Assembly: GCA_024137785.1 (NCBI GenBank) | Contig: JAHRHZ010000248.1 | Span: forward strand, 29,568,093 to 29,632,092 | Length of the DNA: 64,000 nt | Origin: Ginglymostoma cirratum | Taxonomy: Eukaryota | Reading direction: 5' to 3' | Part shown: positions 40,450 through 51,200 of the stretch, one piece after another | Numbering within the stretch: position 1 is the first letter of the stretch | Layout of the letters: each line of letters opens with the position of its first letter | Program-made: the position numbers and the translations under genes | Notes under the pieces: model-generated | Databases searched by the model: none | The model's input: the letters and a program-made list of their open reading frames with translations, nothing else | Told to the model about the DNA's origin: nothing

Positions 40450-41144
40450 AAACATGCCACTAGAAGTTGAAGTATTGAGGGTGATCTACTTAACAGGCAG
40501 AGTCAAAGATGTGAGGAGTTTTCAATATGCAAATAGGAGCAAGAGTTTGGCAGCCTGTTCTATTCTTATGTTCAAGTTAGGAGTATTTCATTGTGAAACG
40601 CTACAGAGGGGTTCTTGGGGTCATCCATTAGGGTGTCTGTGGAGCACAACCCCGCCCTCCGGGAAAAAAGCATGGAACCTAAACGATGAACTGTAAAGGA
40701 GGTATTTCCTGGGGAGGGATGGAAATGAAACCACCTGACAGAAATTGCTAAAATGCCCAAGCAGTAATTAAGCATGGACGACGGGTATATTTTAAGATAT
40801 TTTAAAAGACTGACCATGATTTGCTGTGATACAGAAGATGAGTTCGAGTACTTGAGCCCTCTAAACAAGCAACAATGAAACTTTATATCAGCTTTTCGCT
40901 TATATTTGGATAGCTGCGTGGGGGATGGAGGGCGCTGACAACATGCAGTTCTGTCCTCTTCAGCATAAGTGATCAAATAAATAGTATTGACAGATTTAAT
41001 TTTTTTTTAATAATCCTTTAAAGGTTGGTATTTGAGATATGAGGAGATATTTTGTCGAGTGTCGTCAGTTCACGAGTGCTTAAACTGATAGGGCAACAGT
41101 AATGATGATTTCGAATTAAAACTTGGCGATTTTTCCCCCTGCAG

Positions 41145-41267
41145 GTCACAGTTTTCTTTGAAATTCCTGGATCCTTCTTTTTTGCCGGCTGGAAGTGGCC
41201 TTAACGACAATACTCGTGCCAAACCCGCAAAATGGGCTTTCAACACAACTTCCTTTTTAAAGCAAAG
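41145..41267 (+). CDS. ST8SIA3: ST8SIA3 coding exon 2 (123 nt), not in the ORF track
   Basis: Acceptor TTTTCCCCCTGCAG|G; reads (R)SQFSLKFLDPSFLPAGSGLNDNTRAKPAKWAFNTTSFLKQ(R), homologous to human SQFALKFLDPSF...KWKFNRTAFLHQR; phase 2 at both ends; ends at AAG|GCAAGT (GC donor). Confidence 0.93.
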
Positions 41268-41805
41268 GCAAGTCACCCTGAAAGCTGTGAAGTTCCAAAA
41301 GGGGCAAGAACGGAAATGATGATAATTCGTAATTCTTTGCTTTCACTGTTTAACTCTCTTTTTGACTTCTTGACCCTTTCATGCTACCTGATCCTCTCTC
41401 CAGCATCCGCCCTCGCCGCCTGACACCCACACACGTGCTCTCCCTCTTTCAAATTAAACCAGAAACCTGGTACAGTGCAGTCTGCATTATGTAGAACAAA
41501 AGTGGTATCACTGTTAGAGAGAGGTATTAAAAATAGCAGGTGAAGAGTGCCAAAGGGATGTTTTACTGTAATATCGGTAATGAGCGCATTTTAAAGTTGC
41601 AAATTCACAAAGGGAATCTTTTTTATAATTAAGATACGTTTTCCCTTCCCACCGGCTCTTTTTGATTCGATTTTTATCCACTACATTTTGAACTTACTGA
41701 GGCTTTTTTTTAAATGCACTTATTTAAAGTCTGTGTTCTGAATTCACATCTATTACCATGAATGAACTGAACTAACATGTTCTCTTTGTGCGAATTGTGT
41801 TTTAG

Positions 41806-42363
41806 GAAGGAGATCAGTCGCTATGTCGACATTTATAAAAATTTCACCTTGCTTAAGAAAAACGTGCGAGTAGGACAGTTGCTGCACTACGATTACTCTA
41901 ACCACAAATACGTTTTCTCAGTCAGCAATAGTTTTCGATCATTGCTCCCCGACGTGACCCCTATATTAAAGATGCATTACAACACATGTGCGGTGGTTGG
42001 GAACAGTGGGATTCTAATCGGGAGTCATTGCGGAGCTGATATCGACAAAACAGATTTCGTGTTCCGCTGCAATTTCGCCCCAACTGAATCTTTTGAGAGA
42101 GATGTTGGCAAAAAGACGAATCTCACGACATTCAACCCAAGCATCCTCGAAAAGTACTACAACAATCTCTTAACAATCCAGGATCGAAACAAGTTTTTCC
42201 TGAATCTTAAAAAGCTGGATGGAGCCATTCTTTGGATTCCTGCCTTTTTCTTCCACACTTCCGCTCCGGTGACAAGAACGTTAGTAGATTTTTTTATAGA
42301 ATATAGAGCACAATTGAAGGTCCAATTGGCTTGGCCTGGGAACATAATGCAGCATGTCAATAA
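41806..42363 (+). CDS. ST8SIA3: ST8SIA3 coding exon 3 (558 nt; sialylmotif L)
   Basis: Acceptor TTTTAG|G; contains CAVVGNSGILIGSHCGADIDKTDFVFRCNFAP (sialylmotif L); donor AA|GTGAGT. Confidence 0.97.
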
Positions 42364-42489
42364 GTGAGTATCTATGACCCAAAGACATTTTTACCTGAAA
42401 TTTCTTTTTAAAAAAAATTCACAAGAAGGTTCATTCTATAATTCCATCCCCAGTTGCCTTTTTTATGATCAAAATAAGTGAATGTTGTG

Positions 42490-42835
42490 ACCATTTATCA
42501 TTTTGGGATATGTCATAATGTGAGATGCCGCGGAGACTTGATAGGTTCTCCTTATGGCAGGGTCTGAAACTAAGGGATTCGGTTTATGATGAAAGATGGA
42601 GATGAGGAGATTTCTCTCTCTGTCTGTCTCTCTGAGGGTCTGGAATTTGTAGAACTCTTCATCAGAGAGCAGCGGAGGCAGGGTCGTTGAATATTTCAAG
42701 ACGAAAGTCGGCAGACTCTTGGCTAACAATTTAGATGAAGTGAATCAAAGGCTATTGAGGTAGGAAGGAGTGTGGGGTTAAGGCATATCTTATTGAATGG
42801 TGAGGAGCTGAATGCCCTCTAATGTTCCTAGGTAT
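42490..42835 (+). mobile_element. Old CR1 3' fragment in ST8SIA3 intron 3
   Basis: GATGAGGAGATTTCTCTCT..GAGGGTCTGGAATTTGTAGAACTC and CR1-like 3' UTR. Confidence 0.6.
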
Positions 42836-43020
42836 GTTTAACTTGTCCCCTTTCTTCGTTGAGTCACCCACTGCGTTGCTGCTCTTTGGTTCAGTCTCTG
42901 TGCTTCCTTGGATCATATTGATTGTTTTTCTCTTTATTCTCAAGATTTCGAACTTCAGCTATACCCTCCCCTCCCCCACAAGCATCACAGATAGATCAAA
43001 AGGCCTAAGCAAAATGGCCA

Positions 43021-43642
43021 GAGATAAAAGGTACTGCAGATGCTGGAGAATCCGAGATAACAAGCATGGGGCTGGATGAACACAGCAGGTCAAGCAGCAT
43101 CATAGGAGCAGGAAAACTTGACGTTTCGGGCCTAAACCCTTNNNNNNNNNNNNNNNNNNNNNNNNNNNNNNNNNNNNNNNNNNNNNNNNNNNNNNNNNNN
43201 NNNNNNNNNNNNNNNNNNNNNNNNNNNNNNNNNNNNNNNNNNNNNNNNNNNNNNNNNNNNNNNNNNNNNNNNNNNNNNNNNNNNNNNNNNNNNNNNNNNN
43301 NNNNNNNNNNNNNNNNNNNNNNNNNNNNNNNNNNNNNNNNNNNNNNNNNNNNNNNNNNNNNNNNNNNNNNNNNNNNNNNNNNNNNNNNNNNNNNNNNNNN
43401 NNNNNNNNNNNNNNNNNNNNNNNNNNNNNNNNNNNNNNNNNNNNNNNNNNNNNNNNNNNNNNNNNNNNNNNNNNNNNNNNNNNNNNNNNNNNNNNNNNNN
43501 NNNNNNNNNNNNNNNNNNNNNNNNNNNNNNNNNNNNNNNNNGCCTAAACCCTTCATCAGAAAGGGTTTAGGCCCGAAACGTCAAGTTTTCCTGCTCCTAT
43601 GATGCTGCTTGACCTGCTGTGTTCATCCAGCCCCATGCTTAT
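43021..43642. mobile_element. Family A pLTR hairpin insertion spanning the assembly gap, 15-bp TSD
   Basis: Left arm 43061-43141 is the reverse complement of right arm 43561-43640; TSD TAAGCAAAATGGCCA at 43006-43020 and 43643-43657. Confidence 0.88.
43142..43541. other. Assembly gap (400 N)
   Basis: Run of N. Confidence 1.
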
Positions 43643-43664
43643 TAAGCAAAATGGCCATCTCTCT

Positions 43665-43848
43665 TTGTAAGAACTGCCGACGTTGGAGTCAGAGATAACA
43701 CAGTGTGGAGCTGGAGGAACACAGCTGGCCAGACAGCATCAGAGGACATCTGAAGAAGGGTCCCGACCCGAAACGCCAACTTGCCTGCTCCTCTGATGCT
43801 GCCTGGCTTGCTGAGTTCTTCCAGCTCCACACTGTGTTACCTCTGACA
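43665..43848. mobile_element. Family C pLTR hairpin mini-element
   Basis: GTCAGAGATAACACAGTGTGGAGCTGGA..AGCATCAGAGGA inverted against TCCTCTGATGCT..TCCAGCTCCACACTGTGTTACCTCTGAC; the loop holds CTGAAGA-A-GGGTCCCGACCC-GAAACGCC-AAC (43750-43780). Confidence 0.82.
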
Positions 43849-44955
43849 ATCACTCCTTGCCCACTGCACCGTTTGCACCGTTAAGTGAAATTTATAACGT
43901 AGTAAATAATAAACAAAAATCTAAAAGTAGTCACAAGTGTTCGCATAAAAATGCATTTAACCTGCTCAAATTGATCCCACATTTTCCAATGCAGGTACAC
44001 CGTCACACCACTTCATTGATTAGCACAATCTATACAGAATGGTTCTGAGCATGACTCCTGGGTCATGCTCATTCCTTTTCTTGTTCAGCCTCGTTCCCTA
44101 GTCTTTGTCTTGGACTATTCTCTTCAACCTCTTGCTGTGTCCAAATACCCCGGCATCTTATGAAGTCATGCTATATTACTCCAGTGGACTGGCAGACCAT
44201 CCTGCAATTCAAGCTCTGATACGCGGGCAAATCCGCTTTGCCTCCCGGCCATAAACCAAGGTACTGCCCCACCCCACAGTCGAGCTAAGTTGCCCATCTT
44301 CTCACACTTTCTGTTCTGAATATCAGATTCATTAAACTGTTGAGAAATTTATCTCAGAATAGTGAGGTAGTCAAATCATTAACTGGTTTTATACATTCGT
44401 TTGTAATCAGTTAATTTTACTTTTTTTGCAAGAATATATATTTACCTAAGACCTCCTACTCCCTTCTCTTTAATCATGTGATCCCAGTCCCAATCCCGGG
44501 CTCAGACCTTGGTTTCCACTCCTTCACCATATCTTCATCTGCCTTATGCACTTCAAGGCGGTACACACCCGCAGAATTTTGTCAAAGATTTGGAACTCTG
44601 ACTTACGACAAGAAATGGTCTGATTGGCAGATGTTAAGGGGAAAAAAAAGACAGAATGAGAGAAAGCCAGACAGAAAGGAATACCGAGAATGTAAGAATG
44701 CAGAAGATGGGAGACAGGGCGGGAAAACTTAGATAAAGGGAGAAGAGTGGAAAAAATGTCACGGAGATGCAAGAATAGTAAATGCCAGATAGGCATACAG
44801 CAATAGAGAAGGGCTAACATTGAATGTCCGAGAAATAAAAATAGAACAGGAGGAAGACGGTAAAGTTTACAAAAAAAAGTGAAGCATTTTTTCATGAAAA
44901 TGAAATCCACGGATGATTGATATTTTGTCATTTTTGTTACTCTATTGTTAAACAG

Positions 44956-45241
44956 ATATTGGAAAACCAAACATCTATCCCCAAAGCGTCTAAGTACAGG
45001 CATCTTGATGTATACACTAGCGTCGGCCATCTGCGAAGAGATCCACTTGTACGGATTTTGGCCTTTCGCATGGGATCCTAACACTGGAAAGGAATTGCCA
45101 TATCATTACTACGACAAAAAGGGGACAAAATTCACAACCAAATGGCAAGAGTCCCATCAACTACCAGCAGAATTCAAGCTGTTGTTCAAGCTACATAATG
45201 ACGGCTTGACTAAACTGACTCTCTCACGTTGTGCCTCTTGA
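44956..45241 (+). CDS. ST8SIA3: ST8SIA3 coding exon 4 (286 nt incl. stop; sialylmotifs S, III, VS)
   Basis: Acceptor AAACAG|A; YWKTKHLSPKRLSTGILMYTLASAICEEIHLYGFWPF (motif S), HYYD (motif III), HQLPAEF (motif VS), TGA at 45239-45241. Four exons total 1146 nt = 381 aa + stop. Confidence 0.97.
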
Positions 45242-48124
45242 TAGGATGCTTTTGAAGTGCCAAGTTATTCCTTGTTCTCATTCTTTGTTCCGTTTTTGAT
45301 TCCAAATGCATTTTGTACCCAATGCGTTGAGATCTCTGTAGGCGACGCTTCGTGATACATTTCTCAGAGTAATTCCAACAGCTGTGGCACTGACGTGTTC
45401 ATGAGTTTTCGTGTACTGTGGTAGTAAAGCATTTATTTTATATTGGGAAGTAGCCGCAAGCATTTGCAGTAGAATTTGGGGATGGGAGTGGTTCCCGTTA
45501 AATGGGAGATTGAATATATTGAACCATTGGAACCTGATTATAGAAGTCAGTTTAGCAGTTACCAGTGGCGACAGAACGTGGGCTGGCGATATTGGGCCCT
45601 GCCAATATAGCGACGGGCAGTGTAGGTCTCAGAATTCTCTAAGCCTGGTATTTTGAAAATGGCACCCAATCAAATTAGACATGGATAATAAATGCTGGCC
45701 TTGCTACGGATGCCCACGTCCCACCCTTAAATAATTCTATGTTGCTGCCACTCAGATCGTTTCACAAGATGCATTGAGGAAAAGTATTAAAGTCAGGAAA
45801 ATGTGTCCCAATGATTTCGATCGAGCACCTTTGATATCTGACCTATTAACCTATTTCAATGGTGCCAACATCATAAAACCACAGTCTGCATGGTCGGTGC
45901 GCTCAGCACGGGAGTTGCTACAGTGAATTTGCGCGAGATTGTTTTTTGTTGTTGAAGTTTTAGGTCAATTTGTTAACATTTTAACATTAAACAGCGAGTG
46001 AGCTCCAAGTATCCTGTCTAATTTAAAAGACCGAGTTGCCCGTAGAATAAAGTGCAAACCTGCAATAATTTAGATCATCAATGAAAACGGTCCAAGCAGT
46101 AGAGGCTCGACAAAACACTTCTAATAGTGTTGGGAGAGTTTAGCCGAAAGACACGGTCTAGTAAAAAGTACATGAATTGTTTATTTAAGCATATCCTCAA
46201 ATGGAATGCATTTGGTATCTTTCAAGTCCTGTTTATATAGAATATCTTGTACGGTTGTCAAAGTGAACATGCGAGTCTTTTGCATGTACGTGGCACAAGC
46301 ATTTTTTAACCATCAAATTGGACGGTAACTGTACTACTTTTGTATTGATACTTAAAAATAGACTTGTTTTATTTCTTTTACAGCTTGAGGAGAAAACTAA
46401 GTTTCGAAGTTATATTGAGTACGTTTTCTTTTGCCTGTTTAGTTGATCCAGGTCCCTGCTGCCGTGTAAGAGCTAGGGTTTTAATGAGAGACGGCCCTTG
46501 ACTCTTCACTCTTGTATTGCGAAATTGAAGAAGTTTATTGATTCTTGTCTGTAAATTTTTTTTCTCATGCCTGCTACTGTTCATCTACACTAAATTACTA
46601 ATGTGAGAATTTTGTTTCAGTGGCGTGAGCAGTTGTTGGTAACTATATAAAGACATTTGGAACAAAGCTGCGCATACTCATTAATGGGAACATCGCCTCG
46701 AAAACATTACAAAAACTTACTTGTTTACCAAAAGCAAAACTGTTATGTTTACAATCTCACTAACAATTCTATTTTGCTTAAAAGTTCCGATCATGCCATG
46801 TCAGTTTTCATGGCTTCGGGCTAACGCAGTCCCGTGAAGATAAACAGGTTAACATATTTGATTTAGACAGCAAAGTCACGGCATACTGATCGTCACGAAC
46901 CCACAAGGAGCTTATTCCGAAATAAAAATAACGTTCTTTAAGCTTATAAAGCATCATTCGTCACTCGAATGGAGCTGACCGAATCTGAGGGATGTTGTTG
47001 CAAAATTAGAGCCACTATTCACATCTTGGCTAAACGGAGACATTGTATCCATGTCGAAATGAAGGAGAGGAAACTCTGACTAGATAAATTTGTGTATACC
47101 CACAGACATTCCAAGGGAACGTTTTCATACATATTAGGAATTAGGACGTTTGGGGGTTAATTATTATCAAATAATTAAGATGCATGCAGTTAACGTTAAC
47201 ATAACTTTAGGCCATAAATTAATTGTACGAATCACGCTCCCTCTGCGCAGAAATCTAAATATATACACAACATCGAAGAAATTATTCAATTATGCAATTC
47301 CATTTCCCATATACGCACCCGATTTGTATTTGACCGCCTCTCCAAAGCTGGTTAATGTAGTTTTGGAAAATTAGACTCCTGGATATTATTTTATGTTTTT
47401 CGCACCACATTTCCACTTGCTGCTATTCTTACTGCGGAAGTCGACAGCAGAATGCTGACTATTGCTTTCCCTCAGTTTAATCTTTAGTTTACTGAGTCAA
47501 CCGCGGTTGTTTGATCAATTTTTAGAATCCATGTCTTTAAAAAAGAAGGTTTCCGCCAACAGCCACCCGCACCGGCTTTCAGAATGTGCGACCCTTCACA
47601 ATGCCCGAGCCGAGAGCAGCGTCTCCTTTTCTGTACTATTACAAATATTTGATCAACTCCTCAAAAATTCGTTCTTACAGTACGGAGAATAAGTCCCGTG
47701 GTACAATCTATGCAAAATAAACCGTATTAAATGACAATAGCAATGAAATGGAACTATTTATCAAGACTATAATATTTCCTCTACGCCATACATTTGCGTT
47801 AATTATGCTTAGAGTCACATATCAAATTTAAAGAGAATTTTGTAAGTGCTATTTGTACATTTGACCGGACTCAACAAGTCTACATTCTACGCTATTGTTT
47901 ATATCATTCTCATTACGATAGCCGAATCATTACTTTCCATGAAAATCCTTCTCGCACTATATGGGCTGACATTTTAGGAAATATCTCCCCAAAAAACTCA
48001 TCCATAAAGCCATTAAAAGTGTATTTTACTGAATGGTATCTGACACGTTTTAATAAAAAGTGTACAGAAGGCACGAACACGGACTCCCCGTTATTACCAC
48101 ACAACTACAGGCCAGCAAGGGTTT

Positions 48125-48232
48125 GTAATCAGAAATAAAACAGAAATTGCTGGAAAAGCTCAGCAGGTCTGGCAGTATCTGTGGAGAGAACGAGAGTTAA
48201 CGTTTCCGGGCGAGTGACCCTTCCTCGGAACA
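48125..48232 (-). mobile_element. Family B pLTR mini-element
   Basis: Reverse complement GTTCCGAGGAAGGGTCACTCGCCCGGAAACGTTAACT. Confidence 0.78.
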
Positions 48233-51200
48233 TCTTTATAATCTTAGCCGAATCAACAAACCACGTGCTTTACACATACTTTCGGATACGTTTGGCAGAT
48301 GGCCTGCAGGTGACATATACGTTCAACTTTTTTTCTCTATACAGCTCTCCGAATGTACCTGCAAAGACTTTACACCGGCGGGGGAGGATGACTTGCCTCA
48401 ACAGAATTTGGTTTTAAGTTCCAATCACCTTCACTGATTATGAACGTACAAATTAACACTTTAATAGATTAAAACTGCAGTATGGGGGTGGGTGGGGGAG
48501 CAGCATCGCGAAGGTTCACTCTGTGATTGTATCTGTTTGATGTCCTCGTGTACAACAATTTGAAGAGGGGAGAGTTTGGAGAATTACAGCACTTTCAGAA
48601 AGGGAGAAGTTACGCCTAGACTGGCGAAAATGAGCAACTTGCTCAGCGTTGTTCCGAACATAGCATTTATGGCTATTCAGTGCCAATGCCATAGCACACA
48701 CCTATCAAATACCCAGCGGTGATCAGAATAAGCACCGAAACACGTGCTGAAATCCGAAGTGACAAAACTGTATATCACTCCTCGCCAATCTTTACATTTA
48801 AAACATACCTGAATCTTGTAACTTCCAAAATTGTTGGAGTCATATTTTCTGTATGTGCATTCCTTTGATCCCACAAATTAAAAGTCCCCCTTTGATTTGC
48901 ATATATGCTAACGCAGCAGCGATGAGCTTGTACAAAATTTCTGTGTCGTACCTAATAAACGGCGGATGTATGTCGGTGATGTCGCAAGTAGAGTTAGTGG
49001 GAACTCCAGCTAGCAATTAAGTGAATTGACCCTAAGTTGTCCTCGCTTTAAAGGGATTCAGTTTACAATTGCAAGAGCTATTTCGCTCGTTTTACACGGT
49101 AGCAATATAAATAAAATATAAGCTAATCATCAATTAACAACTATAACCTGGCCAGTGACATGTAAAATAATATTTTAGGTCAAACAAAGTCTTAACATTT
49201 GTTTGGAGGGCTCGCTGATTGAAGCTTGGAAAACTGTGCAGAGGGAGGAACGATCCCGAGATTTTCAGGTAAACTTGAAGGAATGTGTGCTTCTCACAAA
49301 TTCGCCAAATAAAATAAAATTACATAAAAGTAGGCCTCTTCTTTAAATTACCATTTTGGAAATAAATTCGGATTTAAAATAATGGATAACATCCCGTTTG
49401 CGCGCCTCAAATTAGTCAGCATTTTTTGATGTTCGAAGTTATTAAAAAGCAACCAACTATGGACGGCTATAGCATCCCAACTGCCTGTTATAAGTTTTCT
49501 TTTAACATTACGATCGGCCGAAAGTTATGATCAAATATATCGAGCGTAATTTCGTTGCATCAAATGACTATTTCTTAAGTTAATTAAATTGTGCAGATTT
49601 AAATTAATAAATATTTTCGAAATAGATTCGCAGAGTTAGAATGTGAATATTAAAAATCGTGGAAATGTATCAGACCTTTTTATTGCTTCAATCTATAAAC
49701 CTTACATCTAGAAATAGATTGTTATCGCTATTTTTGAGTATGCTATTTCAGAATGAATCCCTGGACGTATAATTTTACACGGAACTGGATTATGCTCTGC
49801 GTTGTAATTTGAAACACGTTTCATATGCGGATATTTTCCCAACTAACAAATCTTCGTATTTGATAGCGTTCGACGGCTACAACACAATAAGAAATCTGAA
49901 AACTGGCAAACATTGGTCAATGCGACCAAAATAAAAATTGATCCTAGCCGATCTTGGTTCTTGACATTTCACATTCAAATATTGTTTATCCTAACCAGCT
50001 GTAGTGCAAAACTTCCAAACAACAATAAATGATTAACCAAACTTGACTAATCAATTATGAGAAAGAGCACAAATTGTTACTGGTTACTGCACCCAGAAGA
50101 AGTAATCTGTAAATTAAACAAGTATATCTATAAGAATAATTAAACACAGTGGCGCAAAATACAGCGTGACAGTGAAACTGAGCTAACTTTCAAAACCTTC
50201 CCTTTGGTATCTTGCACGGAAAATCTGTCCACCTAAATGTACTTATTTAAAAGAAGCCTTTGAAACAAATGGCAAAATACTGATTTAATACAATCAGTAT
50301 TCTCAACAGATGCCCGTCACAGACTAATTGTAAATTAAAACATTTTTCCGAGGTTTCCGTCCATTTTTATTAATTGTATGAAAATAATATTCGGAAAATG
50401 TTTAATCCATGCAGTTAAACCGGTTGAATCCAAGTTTTTAAAAATCGAAGTAGAAGAATTGAAATTAAAAGGGTGCCGGACCCTCACATGTCCTCAGCAG
50501 TAAGGACATTGCATCTCTACCCTGTTTTGCAAATTATATCTGTATCACACCCGAGTCGATACATAAAATCAAAACGTACGATTGAAATAGGCATTGCTTT
50601 AGGCGTAAGAAAATGAAACGAAATTGATGAGGGCTTTGATTCCACCTAAAAAGTACAGCTGTTGAAATACTTTTAAAAATAAATTAGGTCAAAATCCAGC
50701 AGTTTACGAAGCTTAATACTTAACTTCCATTTTTTGTTTATTCCGAGTTAATAATAGTGTTCTCCACTAAAAATAATACAGCAATGTTTAATTCAAAGAA
50801 ATAATATTGCACAAAAGGTTCGTAATTACTTGTCAAGGGGGCGTGGGGGCTTCTGTAAATTGGTTTTAAACAAGCTCTGAACGTTTTTAACTCTGGCATT
50901 AATGGTCAGATAATCGCAGGAGTAAGATAAAACATTTAAACGACAGTGTTTCTACTCCTTCAGGTCATTCTTCCCATCTATCAGTAACTATTTGCAAAAG
51001 TCAGTCGTTATCTTTGAAGTTTAGAATGCGAGAAAACCACAATCTTCCCACTGGGCCTCCAAAATACGGAGCCATTATTCAGTTTGCGCTGGATCTGTAC
51101 TCGGAAGATTGGTCTTGATGCCTACAAGGGCCAACAAAGCGTAACCACTTCAAGTCTCGAAGTTTTGTTTGTCTTCCGGATCTATGCTTTCTCGCCAACA

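Noticed and set aside
41777-41805. Apparent ORF starts of ST8SIA3 pieces (41777, 44945, 35229)
   Set aside because: Intronic or UTR in-frame extensions upstream of the real splice acceptors or ATG.
43005-43602. ORFs spanning the N run
   Set aside because: Created by the assembly gap.
4394-48232. Recurrent short palindromic repeats as a CRISPR array or bacterial terminators
   Set aside because: Dispersed, not regularly spaced, linked to Penelope ORFs, and the DNA is clearly vertebrate.
50276-50301. Short hairpins AATACTGATT-n6-AATCAGTATT and AATATTGAGT-n4-ACTCAATATT (6237-6260)
   Set aside because: 10-bp AT-rich stems without supporting context can arise by chance or local slippage.
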